64,000 nucleotides of DNA. Source: Oscillospiraceae bacterium (GTDB taxonomy: Bacteria; Bacillota; Clostridia; Oscillospirales; Acutalibacteraceae). The position numbers and the translations under genes are program-made. The notes below the pieces were generated by a model that saw only the letters and a list, made by a program, of their open reading frames with translations, ran no database searches and had not been told where the DNA came from. The stretch covers positions 14,635 to 78,634 of the forward strand of contig JAISJQ010000025.1 in assembly GCA_031261445.1 (NCBI GenBank). The letters run 5' to 3'. Positions 43,775-53,344 of the stretch are shown piece after piece (within the stretch, counting starts at the first letter, position 1; each line of letters starts with the position of its first letter).

Positions 43775-45498
43775 ATGGTAATGGGGGGATTTTTACGAAA
43801 GAACTTCGATTTTTGCAGGCAAAACTCGAAAAAAAGTTTCCGGGCGTGGTTTGTTCGGCTTTTGGTGACTCTGTTCGACTGGAAGGCGAGCTGACCGATT
43901 GGGACGAAATCGTGCGCTGTGGCAAACGTGCCGCCAAGGCGGGCTTTCGCGCGGTGATCAACGACATCACGCTTAAAGGCTTTGTGCCGCCGCCCATGCG
44001 CACGCCCGCCCTGCAAGATAACGCGCTGGCCGAACAGACACCGGACGTGCTGATCATCGGCGGGGGCGTGATTGGTTGCGCCATCGCGCGGGAACTGCGC
44101 CGCTGGGCGCTGGACGTGCTGCTCATCGACAAAGAAGACGATGTGGCCATGCACGCCTCCTCCCGCAACGACGGCATGATTCACCCCGGCATCGCCTCCC
44201 ACGTGGGCACGTTGCGCGGGCTGTATAACGTGCGCGGCAACGCCATGTACACCCAATTGTGCCAAGAATTGCATGTGCCCTTTGAGCGCTGGAGTAACCT
44301 GATTTTGTATTCTGACCCAATTTTTGGGGTCGGCGCACGCTTCTATCTGGGCTACCGCCAAAAAGCTTTCGGCATCCCCGGCTGGCACGTCAGCCGCCGC
44401 CGACTGCAAGAGCTAGAGCCCAACATTGCCCAGGGCATCCGTGGCGGCTTTGAGTACCCCACGTCGGGGATGCTCAGCCCCTACAAGCTCACCGTGGCTT
44501 TGGCGGACTGCGCCGTGGAGAACGGTGCGCGGGTCTCGCTGAACACCGTCGTCACCGCCATGGACGTTAAGGGAACGGCCATCACCGCCGTGCACACCAA
44601 CCGCGGCACACTGCGCCCGCGCGTGGTCATCAACGCCGCTGGCTGCTTTAGCGACACCGTGGCCGGCATGGCCGGCGACCGCTTCTTCTCCATCCACCCG
44701 CGCAAGGGCGAGTGCTGCATTCTGGATAAAGAGGCCGGGCCACTGAGCCAACGCTCGATGGGTCTGGTGGGTCTGGCGGCTATGAGCGCCACCAGCAAGG
44801 GCGGCGGCATCATGCGCACCATTGACGGCAACGTGCTCGTGGGGCCTGACGCCTATGAACAGCCTCTGCGTGAGGACTTCAGCACCCACAAGGAACACAT
44901 CGATGCTGTGCTCGACAAGCACCTCAAGCTCATCCGTGGCTTCCACCGTGGGCAGGTCATCACCTACTTTGCGGGTGTCCGCGCGGCAACCTATGAGGAA
45001 GAGTTCATCGTGGAGGGCAGCGCACGCGTGCAAAATTTGGTGCACGCGGCGGGGATTCAGTCCCCGGGACTGGCCAGCGCACCGGCCATTGCGGAGGAGA
45101 TCGCGAAGATCACCTTGGGGCGTTTGGGCGGGCAGATCCTGCCCAACGAGCGCTTCAACCCTGTGCGCACGGCCGCGCCCGTTTTAGCGAAGCTCAGCCT
45201 AGAAGAAAAGCAAAAAGTGATTGCGGACAATCCCGAATACGGCGTGGTGGTCTGCCGCTGTGAGGGCATCAGCCGGGGCGAAATCCGCGCGGCAGTGCAA
45301 GCCCCTGTCCCCGCCACGAGCATTGACGCGGTCAAGCGGCGCGTGCGGCCGGGCATGGGACGCTGTCAGGGCGGCTTCTGCAGCCCACTGGTGGCGGAGA
45401 TTCTGGCGGAAGAGGGCGTAGAAACCATCACCAAAAAGGGCGCGGGCAGCGAACTGTTCGTGGGCACGGACGGGAAAGAGGGTGCAGACCATGCCTAA
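43775..45498 (+). CDS. FAD-dependent oxidoreductase (GlpA / glycerol-3-phosphate dehydrogenase-like) with BFD-like [2Fe-2S] region and N-terminal BON-like segment; start disrupted by a G6 tract
   Basis: VLIIGGGVIGCAIAREL dinucleotide motif and CRCEGISRGEI BFD-like motif. The long frame has no ATG/GTG near the promoter. ATG 43775 with an AAGGA RBS is in the +1 frame and would join the long frame if the G-run at 43783-43788 had one more G. Confidence 0.65.
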
Positions 45499-46756
45499 CA
45501 GCGCAGCGGAAAAATATGACGTGTTGGTGCTGGGCGCAGGGCCGGGCGGCTTGGCCGCGGCGGTCAGTGCGCACGAAAACGGTGCGCGGGTGCTGCTGGT
45601 GGAGCGCGAGCGCAAGCTGGGCGGCATCCTCAAGCAGTGCGTGCACGACGGCTTTGGGCTCATGCGCTTCAAGGAGCGGCTGACGGGCACGGAGTATGCC
45701 CAGCGCGAAATCGACCGCTTTCACGCGCTAAACATCGACGTGGTCACCGAGAGCTTTGTGGTGGATATTCAGCCCACGGATGGCACATATCTCGTCACGA
45801 CGCAGAGCGCGGCGGGCATGTGTCGCTACGAGTGCAAGGCCATCATTCTAGCCTGCGGTTGCCGCGAGCGCACGAGCCGCCAAGTGTTCATCCATGGCGA
45901 CCGCCCAGCGGGGATTTTCTCGGCGGGCACGGCGCAATACTTCGTAAACATACAGGGCAAAATGCCCACGAAAAAGTGCGTGATTCTGGGTTCGGGCGAC
46001 ATCGGCCTCATCATGGCGCGTCGCCTAACGCTGGAAGGCGCAGAAGTGGTGGGTGTCTATGAAATCAAGGACGCGCCCGCAGGTCTCAGCCGCAACATCA
46101 GCCAGTGCCTGAACGACTTTGACATCCCCCTGCACCTCTCCACCACGGTGACGGAGGTCTTCGGGCAAGAGCGCGTGGAGGCCGTGGCGGTGGAACAGGT
46201 GGACAAAAACTTCCAGCCCATCCCCGGCACGCGGCAGGTGATCGATTGCGACGCGCTGATCCTCTCGGTGGGTCTGCTGCCAGAGATTGAGCTGCCCAAC
46301 ATGCTCGCGCTCCCCATTGACCCGGCCACGAAAGGCCCTGTGGTGGATCAGACGATGATGACCAAAGCGGCGGGTGTGTTCGCCTGCGGCAACGTGCTGC
46401 ACGTGAACGATTTGGCCGACTGGGTGAGCGTCAGCGGCGAGGCGGCCGGGCGCAGTGCCGCCGCCTACTGCACCGCCCCACGGACGTGGAACGACAACGC
46501 CACCGCACTGCAATATGAGCGCGGCGACTTCCTCTACGCTCTGCCGCAATACTTCGACCCCACCGCGTCCGAGCCCCTCACGCTCTATTTCCGCAGCCGC
46601 GAGGACGTAGCGGGCAAGCGCGTCACGCTGGATTTGGGCGGCGAAAAGGCAGCGTTCAGCAAGAAATACCGCCGCCTCATTCCCTCCGAGATGGAGGCCG
46701 TGACGGTCAAAGAGGCGGCCAGTGGTACGGTGTATCAATTGACCATGCACAACTAA
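45491..46756 (+). CDS. NAD(P)/FAD-dependent oxidoreductase (second subunit of the glpA-like trio)
   Basis: YDVLVLGAGPGGLAAA motif plus a second Rossmann motif (VILGSGDIGL). Confidence 0.8.
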   Translation: MPNSAAEKYDVLVLGAGPGGLAAAVSAHENGARVLLVERERKLGGILKQCVHDGFGLMRFKERLTGTEYAQREIDRFHALNIDVVTESFVVDIQPTDGTYLVTTQSAAGMCRYECKAIILACGCRERTSRQVFIHGDRPAGIFSAGTAQYFVNIQGKMPTKKCVILGSGDIGLIMARRLTLEGAEVVGVYEIKDAPAGLSRNISQCLNDFDIPLHLSTTVTEVFGQERVEAVAVEQVDKNFQPIPGTRQVIDCDALILSVGLLPEIELPNMLALPIDPATKGPVVDQTMMTKAAGVFACGNVLHVNDLADWVSVSGEAAGRSAAAYCTAPRTWNDNATALQYERGDFLYALPQYFDPTASEPLTLYFRSREDVAGKRVTLDLGGEKAAFSKKYRRLIPSEMEAVTVKEAASGTVYQLTMHN

Positions 46757-46815
46757 ACGCGCCGCTTTGTGCGCACACTATCGATACAAAAATGACCTTG
46801 CACGGGAGGAACACA

Positions 46816-47169
46816 ATGGAAATGATCTGTATCGTCTGCCCCAACGGTTGCCGACTGGAAGTCACAGGCACGGGGGACGACATCACCGTTACGGGTGCGC
46901 TCTGCCCGAAGGGCGTGGACTTTGCGCACACGGAGCTGACCGCCCCCCTGCGCAGCCTAACGAGCACCGTGGCCACGGCGTTCCCGCTCGTGCCGCGCCT
47001 GCCCGTGAAGACGCGCGGGGAGATTCCCAAGGGCAAGATGCACGAGGCGATGGCGCAGATTCGCGCCGTGCGCGTGACGAAACCCGTCAAGGTGGGCGAC
47101 GTGATTTTGGCGGACGTGTTCGGCACGGACATCATCGCCACGGGCAACGCCGGGGAGGTGGCCGCATGA
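46816..47169 (+). CDS. DUF1667 domain protein
   Basis: MEMICIVCPNGCRLEV N-terminus behind GGGAGG. Usual third gene of this trio. Confidence 0.75.
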   Translation: MEMICIVCPNGCRLEVTGTGDDITVTGALCPKGVDFAHTELTAPLRSLTSTVATAFPLVPRLPVKTRGEIPKGKMHEAMAQIRAVRVTKPVKVGDVILADVFGTDIIATGNAGEVAA

Positions 47170-47579
47170 GACGAGTGCTGACCTATGGCACATTTGACCT
47201 GCTGCACTACGGGCACATTGAGTTACTGCGCCGTGCGCGTGCGCTGGGCGACTACCTCATCGTGGCGCTCAGCACAGACGAATTCAACGCGGGCAAGGGA
47301 AAAAGCGCATACCACAACTTCGAAGTACGTCGAAAAATGCTCGAAGCGATCCGCTACGTGGATCTGGTGATTCCCGAACTGAACTGGGAACAGAAGGCCG
47401 ACGATGTGCGCCGCTACGAGGTGGACGTGGTGGTGATGGGCAGCGACTGGCAGGCGGACGAGCGATTCACCGCCGCGCTGCAAGGCCTGTGCGAACTGAC
47501 GTTTTTGCCGCGCACGCCGGGGGTCTCCACCAGCGAAATCAAGTCACGGCTGAAACTCCCAGAACCCGACGAAGTCTAG
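47166..47579 (+). CDS. tagD: glycerol-3-phosphate cytidylyltransferase
   Basis: MRRVLTYGTFDLLHYGHIELL (HxGH motif). The ATG overlaps the upstream stop (ATGA). Confidence 0.88.
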   Translation: MRRVLTYGTFDLLHYGHIELLRRARALGDYLIVALSTDEFNAGKGKSAYHNFEVRRKMLEAIRYVDLVIPELNWEQKADDVRRYEVDVVVMGSDWQADERFTAALQGLCELTFLPRTPGVSTSEIKSRLKLPEPDEV

Positions 47580-47580
47580 G

Positions 47581-47785
47581 TAATAGTGAATAGGTTTTGG
47601 GATGAGGTTCGTAGGGGCGGATATCATCCGCCCGCCGTACAGAGGGCAGAGCGTTTCGCGCCTTGTATCCTCACGCCTCTGTAGGGGCAACCCTTGTGGT
47701 TGCCCTGCGGGTATGGTTGCCCCGATAATGTATTTTCCGTAAAGGGCGACCATACCCGCAGGGCACAGGCAAGGGTTGCCCCTAC
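47581..47785. repeat. AGTGAAT heptads, GTAG hairpin, and a 105-bp element with 28-bp inverted termini enclosing an 11-bp-stem hairpin
   Basis: 47581-47596, 47611-47635 and 47681-47785. Confidence 0.85.
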
Positions 47786-47804
47786 ATCCCCTGCGTTTCG
47801 GCAG

Positions 47805-47846
47805 GTGAACCAAAACACAACAGGGCACAGCTTGCGCTGTGCCCTA
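47805..47846 (-). terminator. intrinsic terminator after the GxGYxYP gene
   Basis: Stem AGGGCACAGC/GCTGTGCCCT (47822-47846), followed on the minus strand by GTTGTGTTTTGG. Confidence 0.65.
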
Positions 47847-47859
47847 CCCCCACCATCCA

Positions 47860-49995
47860 TCACCCAAAAATCCCCGTGACCAGACGTTTGAGCCAATCGT
47901 AAATCAGGAAGAAGAAGTTGACGAACTGTTGCCATGCGTCTTGCAGCCACACGCCCACACGTTTTTCGGGCGTGGCATCGCTGGCTTTGATGCCGAAGAG
48001 CTCCAGCTCCTGCACCCGCGCAATGCCGTCCGCGCCCGGGTCGGTGATAAGGACACGCACATAGCGTGCGCTCTGGTTAGACAGATCGCGATACGCGATG
48101 GCCGCACTGTTGCCCTGCACGCGGTCAATCGTCCGCCAGTCGCCGCCGTCTGTGCGCACTTGCAATTGCCAAGCCTTGCTGTTGAACGTGGCATCCAGAT
48201 AGTTCGTTTCGGCGTTCTTGAGCACGTAGCGATCGAGCTTGTAGTCCTCGCCCAGATCGACTTCCAGCCACGCTTCGCCGCTGGTCGCCGCCGTCCAGCC
48301 AGTGGAAATTGTGCCGTCGACTGCGTTGGCCGTGTCCGCGCCCGAAGAGGCCGTGGCCGCCTGCTGCAAGCTGGCGGCATAGGGCTTACCGCTCGCTTCG
48401 TTCAGGAGCATGAAGAAGTGGTCCGGGCGCACGAACTCGAAACGCCCAGGGTAGGCTTGATCCAGATTGTCCTTTAGCTGGACAAAATCGCTGTAGCTGG
48501 TGTGCCAAACATCGCCTTGGGCGGCGTAGAACTGCGCTTTGCTTTGCGACTTGTTGGCCACGTCCGTGAGCACGCGCTCGAAGTTGCCCATGCCCGATTC
48601 GTAGGACAGCCCGGCCAGATTGGGCAAGCTATCCGAACCCAACCACAGCACCGGCACGTCCGAGGCCGTGTGGCGAATGCGCAAGCCCGAAAGCCCCTGC
48701 GTTGTCAAGCCCAGCACAGAGGGCATGGCCGCCGTGTAGCTGTCCGCACGCGGACCTGTCAGCTCGTGCCATACGGTGATGATGTTGATGCCCGTCTTCT
48801 CGAAGTAGTCGTTGGTCATCGCGCCATAGTTCTGGATGAATTTTTCGTTCGGCCACTGGAACGAGGTGGAATACCCCGCGCCCGATGGACCGCAGACCAG
48901 CACGTCGTTGGGCGTGGCGGTTTGGTAATACCAGTTTAGAACCTGCGGTCCAGCGTCGAGCATCAGCGGGCTGAACGTCCAGCCCACGGGCACAGAGCCA
49001 CGCGCGGCATCGCCCCACAAGCGTTCCACGCGCATCGCGCCTTGGTCATACTGAATGTTGTCGCCGTCGCTGATATACACAGCCACGTAGATTTTGCTGT
49101 TGTCCAGCGCGGGCTTTGCGGGCACGGCGGGAATGGTCAGCTGGCGGCTTTGGCCAGCGTAGACCGTGTAGTTGCGGTAAAAATCGCTGGCCACGGTCAT
49201 CACGCCGTAGGCACTGGCGAAGTCGATGCCCTTTGGCTCATCCGGCCACCAGCCCGTGTAGAAGGTCTCCAGCGGGGTGCTGTCCTTGAAGAAGAGTTTC
49301 AGTATGTCTCTCTCGGCGGGGACGCCCGCGTCCAACCAAAGCACGGCAGAATTCACCGCCACGGCCAAGTCGCGCATGGGGCTGTGCCCGTCGGGCGCAA
49401 GACCGCTGATGGTGCGGCGGGTGCAGTCCCCCCAGTAGTGGTCATAAAGATAGCGGTAAGCGCTGAGCTTGTCGCTGATGCCCACGGTGCGCAGATCCAC
49501 GGTCACGGGCAGGTTATAGGGTGCGCTCGTCAGCAGTGCCGCCAGTGTGGGCGAGGCGATGAGCGAGCTCGTCACGCCCGCGATGGTGGTGGCCACGTTG
49601 TTGCTGTCCACCACGTCTGGGTTGGTGATGACGATGCCGGAAAGTTCGCCCAGATACTTCGCCACGGCGTCCTGCCACGGCAGATAGGCGAGGTTCAGCG
49701 CAAGATCTGTGCCCCACGCGTCGCGGCTGTCAAAGTCGCCGTCAGAATTGAAAATGCGCGGCTGTGTGCGGTTGACGATGCCCTGCAAGCTGCCAATGAG
49801 TAGCTCCGTGGGAAAGTCAAGCCCGCGCACGTCGATGGCATCGAGCGTGGCAGCGGGGGCGGGGAAGGTCGGCAGTGCCTGCTTTTTGCCCCAAGTGTAG
49901 CCCGCGCTCGGCGCGGCGGCGGCCGGCAACGCCAATGCCGAAAGCATCAGCAGCAGTGCCAAAAGCCAAGCGAGGGATTTGCGAAACGTTTTCAT
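47860..49995 (-). CDS. secreted GxGYxYP-type putative glycoside hydrolase with C-terminal F5/8 type C (discoidin-like) domain
   Basis: Signal peptide, GPSGAGYSTS region, discoidin-like C-terminal module (WLEVDLGEDYKLDRYVL..ARYVRVLI), and a hydrophobic tail. Confidence 0.6.
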   Translation of the reverse strand: MKTFRKSLAWLLALLLMLSALALPAAAAPSAGYTWGKKQALPTFPAPAATLDAIDVRGLDFPTELLIGSLQGIVNRTQPRIFNSDGDFDSRDAWGTDLALNLAYLPWQDAVAKYLGELSGIVITNPDVVDSNNVATTIAGVTSSLIASPTLAALLTSAPYNLPVTVDLRTVGISDKLSAYRYLYDHYWGDCTRRTISGLAPDGHSPMRDLAVAVNSAVLWLDAGVPAERDILKLFFKDSTPLETFYTGWWPDEPKGIDFASAYGVMTVASDFYRNYTVYAGQSRQLTIPAVPAKPALDNSKIYVAVYISDGDNIQYDQGAMRVERLWGDAARGSVPVGWTFSPLMLDAGPQVLNWYYQTATPNDVLVCGPSGAGYSTSFQWPNEKFIQNYGAMTNDYFEKTGINIITVWHELTGPRADSYTAAMPSVLGLTTQGLSGLRIRHTASDVPVLWLGSDSLPNLAGLSYESGMGNFERVLTDVANKSQSKAQFYAAQGDVWHTSYSDFVQLKDNLDQAYPGRFEFVRPDHFFMLLNEASGKPYAASLQQAATASSGADTANAVDGTISTGWTAATSGEAWLEVDLGEDYKLDRYVLKNAETNYLDATFNSKAWQLQVRTDGGDWRTIDRVQGNSAAIAYRDLSNQSARYVRVLITDPGADGIARVQELELFGIKASDATPEKRVGVWLQDAWQQFVNFFFLIYDWLKRLVTGIFG

Positions 49996-50007
49996 GTCTG
50001 TTCCTTT

Positions 50008-50068
50008 CTAGATGCTAGATTTTAGATGTTAGGTGCTAGATATCGAAGCTCTAGTGTCTAACATCTAA
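50008..50068. repeat. CTAGATN heptad array plus short inverted copy containing the aminotransferase stop
   Basis: tctagat/gctagat/tttagat/gttaggt/gctagat ... tctaacatctaa. Confidence 0.85.
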
Positions 50069-51327
50069 TTCTCAAGAGCAGCGATCTTCACGGCCAAGCA
50101 CAGCAGTTCTGCCGCCGTTTCCAGTTCTGTGATGGGCGGCAGGGTGGGCGCGATGCGGATGTTGCGGTCGAGCGGATCGATCCCCAGCGGCCAGGTTGCG
50201 CCTGACGGCGTGAGCACCACGCCTGCCTCGGCGCACAGCTCCCCCACGCGTTTGGCGCAGCCCTGCGGCACGTCCAGACTGATGAAGTATCCACCGCGCG
50301 GGCGCGTCCACTGGGCAATACCCAAAGCGCCCAAATTGCGCTCCAACGCGGCGAGCACGGCATCGAACTTGGGCTCAAGCAGGGCGCGGTGCTTTTCCAT
50401 GTGGGCATACACACCCGCCGCAGAGCCAAAATAGCGCACATGACGCAGTTGGTTGAGTTTGTCGTGGCCGATGGTCTGCACCGAAAGCCGCGTTTTGATG
50501 GCCGCAAGGTTGCTCTCGCTGGCCACGAGCACGCTCACACCCGCACCGGGGAAGGTGATTTTGCTGGTGCTGGTGACCTCCAAGAAGTGATCCTCGTGCC
50601 CATATTTCCGCGCTTCGGCGAAAATCTCCAGCAGCTCTTCGCCGCCCGCGCGGACATCGTGCACGCAGTAGGCATTGTCCCAAATGACGCGGAAATCCGT
50701 GGCGGCGGGAGAGAGCGCGGCCAGCGCACGCACGGTGTCGTCGCTGAAGGTGATGCCCGTGGGGTTGGCGTATTTGGGCACGCAGAACATGCCCTTCACG
50801 GTGGGGTCGGCGGCCAGCTCACCCAGCACGCGCATGTCCGGGCCCTCTTCCGTCATAGGCACGGGCAACATCTGGATGCCAAAGTGCTCCAGAATGGCAA
50901 AGTGGCGGTCATAGCCCGGCACGGGGCACAGGAACTTGACGGCGCGTTGCTGACTCCACGGCTTGGCGCTGCCGCCCACGCCGTGCGTCCAGTACTGGGC
51001 GATGAGGTCATACATGATGTTCAGCGAAGAATTGCCAAAGACGAGGACGTTTTTGGCATCTACGCCCAAAAGTTCGGCAAACAGTGTCCGCGCTTCAGGC
51101 AGACCGTCAGGACCGCCGTAGTTGCGGGTATCCAGCCCGCCGCTGGTCACGTCCCGCGCGATGAGGGAGGCATCCAGCAACCCCATCGAGAGTTCCAGCT
51201 GTTCGCGGCAGGGCTTGCCCCGGCTCATGTCCAGCTTCAGCCCCCGCGCCTGAAAATTGGCGTAGTCGCCCTGCAACTGCGTCAGCAGTGCGCCACGCAT
51301 GTCTGCGCTCATGTCTTTATACTGCAT
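50065..51327 (-). CDS. PLP-dependent aminotransferase (class I/II fold)
   Basis: 420 aa with LDMSRGKP N-terminal motif and STSKITFPGAGV (Lys-PLP region). Confidence 0.75.
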   Translation of the reverse strand: MQYKDMSADMRGALLTQLQGDYANFQARGLKLDMSRGKPCREQLELSMGLLDASLIARDVTSGGLDTRNYGGPDGLPEARTLFAELLGVDAKNVLVFGNSSLNIMYDLIAQYWTHGVGGSAKPWSQQRAVKFLCPVPGYDRHFAILEHFGIQMLPVPMTEEGPDMRVLGELAADPTVKGMFCVPKYANPTGITFSDDTVRALAALSPAATDFRVIWDNAYCVHDVRAGGEELLEIFAEARKYGHEDHFLEVTSTSKITFPGAGVSVLVASESNLAAIKTRLSVQTIGHDKLNQLRHVRYFGSAAGVYAHMEKHRALLEPKFDAVLAALERNLGALGIAQWTRPRGGYFISLDVPQGCAKRVGELCAEAGVVLTPSGATWPLGIDPLDRNIRIAPTLPPITELETAAELLCLAVKIAALEN

Positions 51328-51348
51328 AGGGTATTGCTCCTTGTTTTT

Positions 51349-51422
51349 CAGAGGAGAGAAGGCAGATGTTTGGATCTGCGAGTCTGTCTTCTGTCTTCTG
51401 CCCTCTGACTTCTGAATTCTGA
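51349..51422. repeat. inverted CAGARRN / NYYTCTG heptad arrays
   Basis: cagaggagagaaggcagatg ... tctgcga/gtctgtc/ttctgtc/ttctgcc/ctctgac/ttctgaa/ttctga. Confidence 0.85.
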
Positions 51423-51426
51423 TGAA

Positions 51427-53256
51427 TTACATGTACTTGCTACCAAAGAAACGATACTTGACATTATGGTCATACCAGAAGACGATTTTGTCGGCGGCAG
51501 TTTGGAAGAAGCCGCTGACTTTTTTTGTCCAGCCGCGATCGGCCTGTGTGCCCAGCTGGTGTGCGCCAATGTCGGGTGCGCCGTCTTTCAGCGATGTGCC
51601 GAAGAAGTCGGTGTCTGGCAGGGTGTAGATGTCCGCCCCCGCCCCGATGGCCGCTGAGCCCTCGGTAATCTGGAAGTAGGCCGCGCGTGTGCGCAGGGCG
51701 GCGACAAAGGCATCGATGTTGTCCCCCGTCGGCGGGGCGATTTCGTAGCCGCTTTGGTAGAGTGCCTCAAAGCCGGCCACGTCTTTCAGCTTTGGATCGG
51801 CCACGATGTTCTTCTTGCGGCCTTGCTCCGAAAAGCCCTCCGCCACGCTGGCGGGGTAGAAAATGTTGCCCTCAATGTGCCCCTCTTTGGCATTCGACCA
51901 CGCCCAATCGATGGATGCGCCCTCCACGGCGGCGATGATGTTGTTCTTGAAGTAGCCGACCTTGCCCCCGTCAAACAGTGCCGTGTGTTGCCCCGCGCCC
52001 AGCACGATGGTGTTGTTGTAGACGCGCACGTTGTCGGGGTTGACGTGGAAGGTCTGCTGGTATTTGCCAATGCCGTCGTTGTAGCTGATGTTGTAGCGGA
52101 AGGTGTTGGTGCGGTTGCCGTGCCCGTCCATGGTCAGGAGCGTCCCGCCGTCGTTGTGGTGGCTGAAGTTGTACTCAAAGGTGATGCCCACGCTGCCGAT
52201 GTCAAAGTCGAAGGCCTCGCCGTCGCCGTAACCGCCCGCGTTGTCTTTATCGTAGCCGAATTCGCCGTCGAAGACCTCGTTATAGCGGAAGACGGCGTCG
52301 GTGCTCTGCCACGTCCAGCAGCCAGCGTAGTTAAAGTCGCCCACATCCGTGTTGGCAAAGTGGCGGATGACGTTGTATTCCACCACGCCGCCGCCGCCCA
52401 CTTCCGAGAGCACGATACCGTCGCCGAAAATCTCCTCAATGTAGTTGGCGCGAATCACAACATTGCGGTGCGGACGCTTGTTGCGGAACGGGCCGCCGTC
52501 CCCGTGCCCCGTGGTGCGGATGCCCTCTTTGGCCACATTCTTCACATGGTTGCCCTCAATGAGCACACCGTCAAAGCCGACCTTCTTTTCAAACGACTCG
52601 TTTTCGTTGCCGTCCACCCAACAGGTTGAGCCCGCGGCAATGATGCCGCCCGTGATTTTGACGTTCTTTTCCTGCGAGGCCGCGATGTCGTGCACGTAAC
52701 AGCCGCGCACGGTCAGGCCGCGCGTCTGGCCGGTTTTGCCCGTGGTGAGCAGGAAAATGCCGATGTTGTTGGTGTCGTCCGTGGCCGTACTGCTCACTTC
52801 TAGGTTCTCGATGACCCAGTAGTCCTGGTCGCCCAGGAACACCACGGGGTTGTACTTCTGCCCGGCCAGCGGGTCAGTGCCCAAGGGCACGACCGTGTCC
52901 GTCCCGTTGCCGATGATGTGCGGCAGTGCGTCCCCGCCGTACTTGCCCAGCAGGATGGGCGAGCCGAGAACACCGCTCCCCTTTGGCCAGAGCGAGCCGT
53001 TCCACGTGCCGCCAGACTTCAGCAGGATTTTGTCCCCGGGCTGGAAGGTGGTGGCGTTGATTTTCGCCAAACTCTTCCACGCTGCGCTTTGGGACGTCCC
53101 CGCGTTGTCGTCCGAGCCGCCGACACTGTCCACGTAGTAGGTCGTGCCCTTGATCGTTGGTAAGAGCATCGCTGTCCCCATAATCGGCATCCCAAGCGTG
53201 AAGACCGTGCCCGTCAGCAGCAGCGCAAGTAGCGCACGCAAAGTCGTTTTTTTCAT
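51427..53256 (-). CDS. secreted right-handed parallel beta-helix repeat protein (polysaccharide lyase/hydrolase-like)
   Basis: Start MKKTTLRALLALLL (signal peptide). YYVDSVGGSDDNAGTS opening and repeated G-x-N beta-helix coils. Confidence 0.6.
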   Translation of the reverse strand: MKKTTLRALLALLLTGTVFTLGMPIMGTAMLLPTIKGTTYYVDSVGGSDDNAGTSQSAAWKSLAKINATTFQPGDKILLKSGGTWNGSLWPKGSGVLGSPILLGKYGGDALPHIIGNGTDTVVPLGTDPLAGQKYNPVVFLGDQDYWVIENLEVSSTATDDTNNIGIFLLTTGKTGQTRGLTVRGCYVHDIAASQEKNVKITGGIIAAGSTCWVDGNENESFEKKVGFDGVLIEGNHVKNVAKEGIRTTGHGDGGPFRNKRPHRNVVIRANYIEEIFGDGIVLSEVGGGGVVEYNVIRHFANTDVGDFNYAGCWTWQSTDAVFRYNEVFDGEFGYDKDNAGGYGDGEAFDFDIGSVGITFEYNFSHHNDGGTLLTMDGHGNRTNTFRYNISYNDGIGKYQQTFHVNPDNVRVYNNTIVLGAGQHTALFDGGKVGYFKNNIIAAVEGASIDWAWSNAKEGHIEGNIFYPASVAEGFSEQGRKKNIVADPKLKDVAGFEALYQSGYEIAPPTGDNIDAFVAALRTRAAYFQITEGSAAIGAGADIYTLPDTDFFGTSLKDGAPDIGAHQLGTQADRGWTKKVSGFFQTAADKIVFWYDHNVKYRFFGSKYM

Positions 53257-53322
53257 AAAGCTCTCCATTCAATGACGTTCCTTTTTTGCGGGTTTTATTG
53301 TAGCACAAATGTGGGGGAATTG

Positions 53323-53344
53323 CAAACAATTGTTCATTGTTCAA
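53323..53344. repeat. GTTCATT heptads containing the GH gene stop
   Basis: caaacaattgttcattgttcaa. Encodes ..VEQ plus stop on the minus strand. Confidence 0.8.

Noticed and set aside
43775-43894. 40-codon ORF (MVMGGFLRKNFDFCRQNSKKSFRAWFVRLLVTLFDWKAS) as a genuine small gene.
   Set aside because: It more likely reflects the true glpA-like start displaced by a one-base difference in the G6 run. It is kept as a finding rather than a feature.
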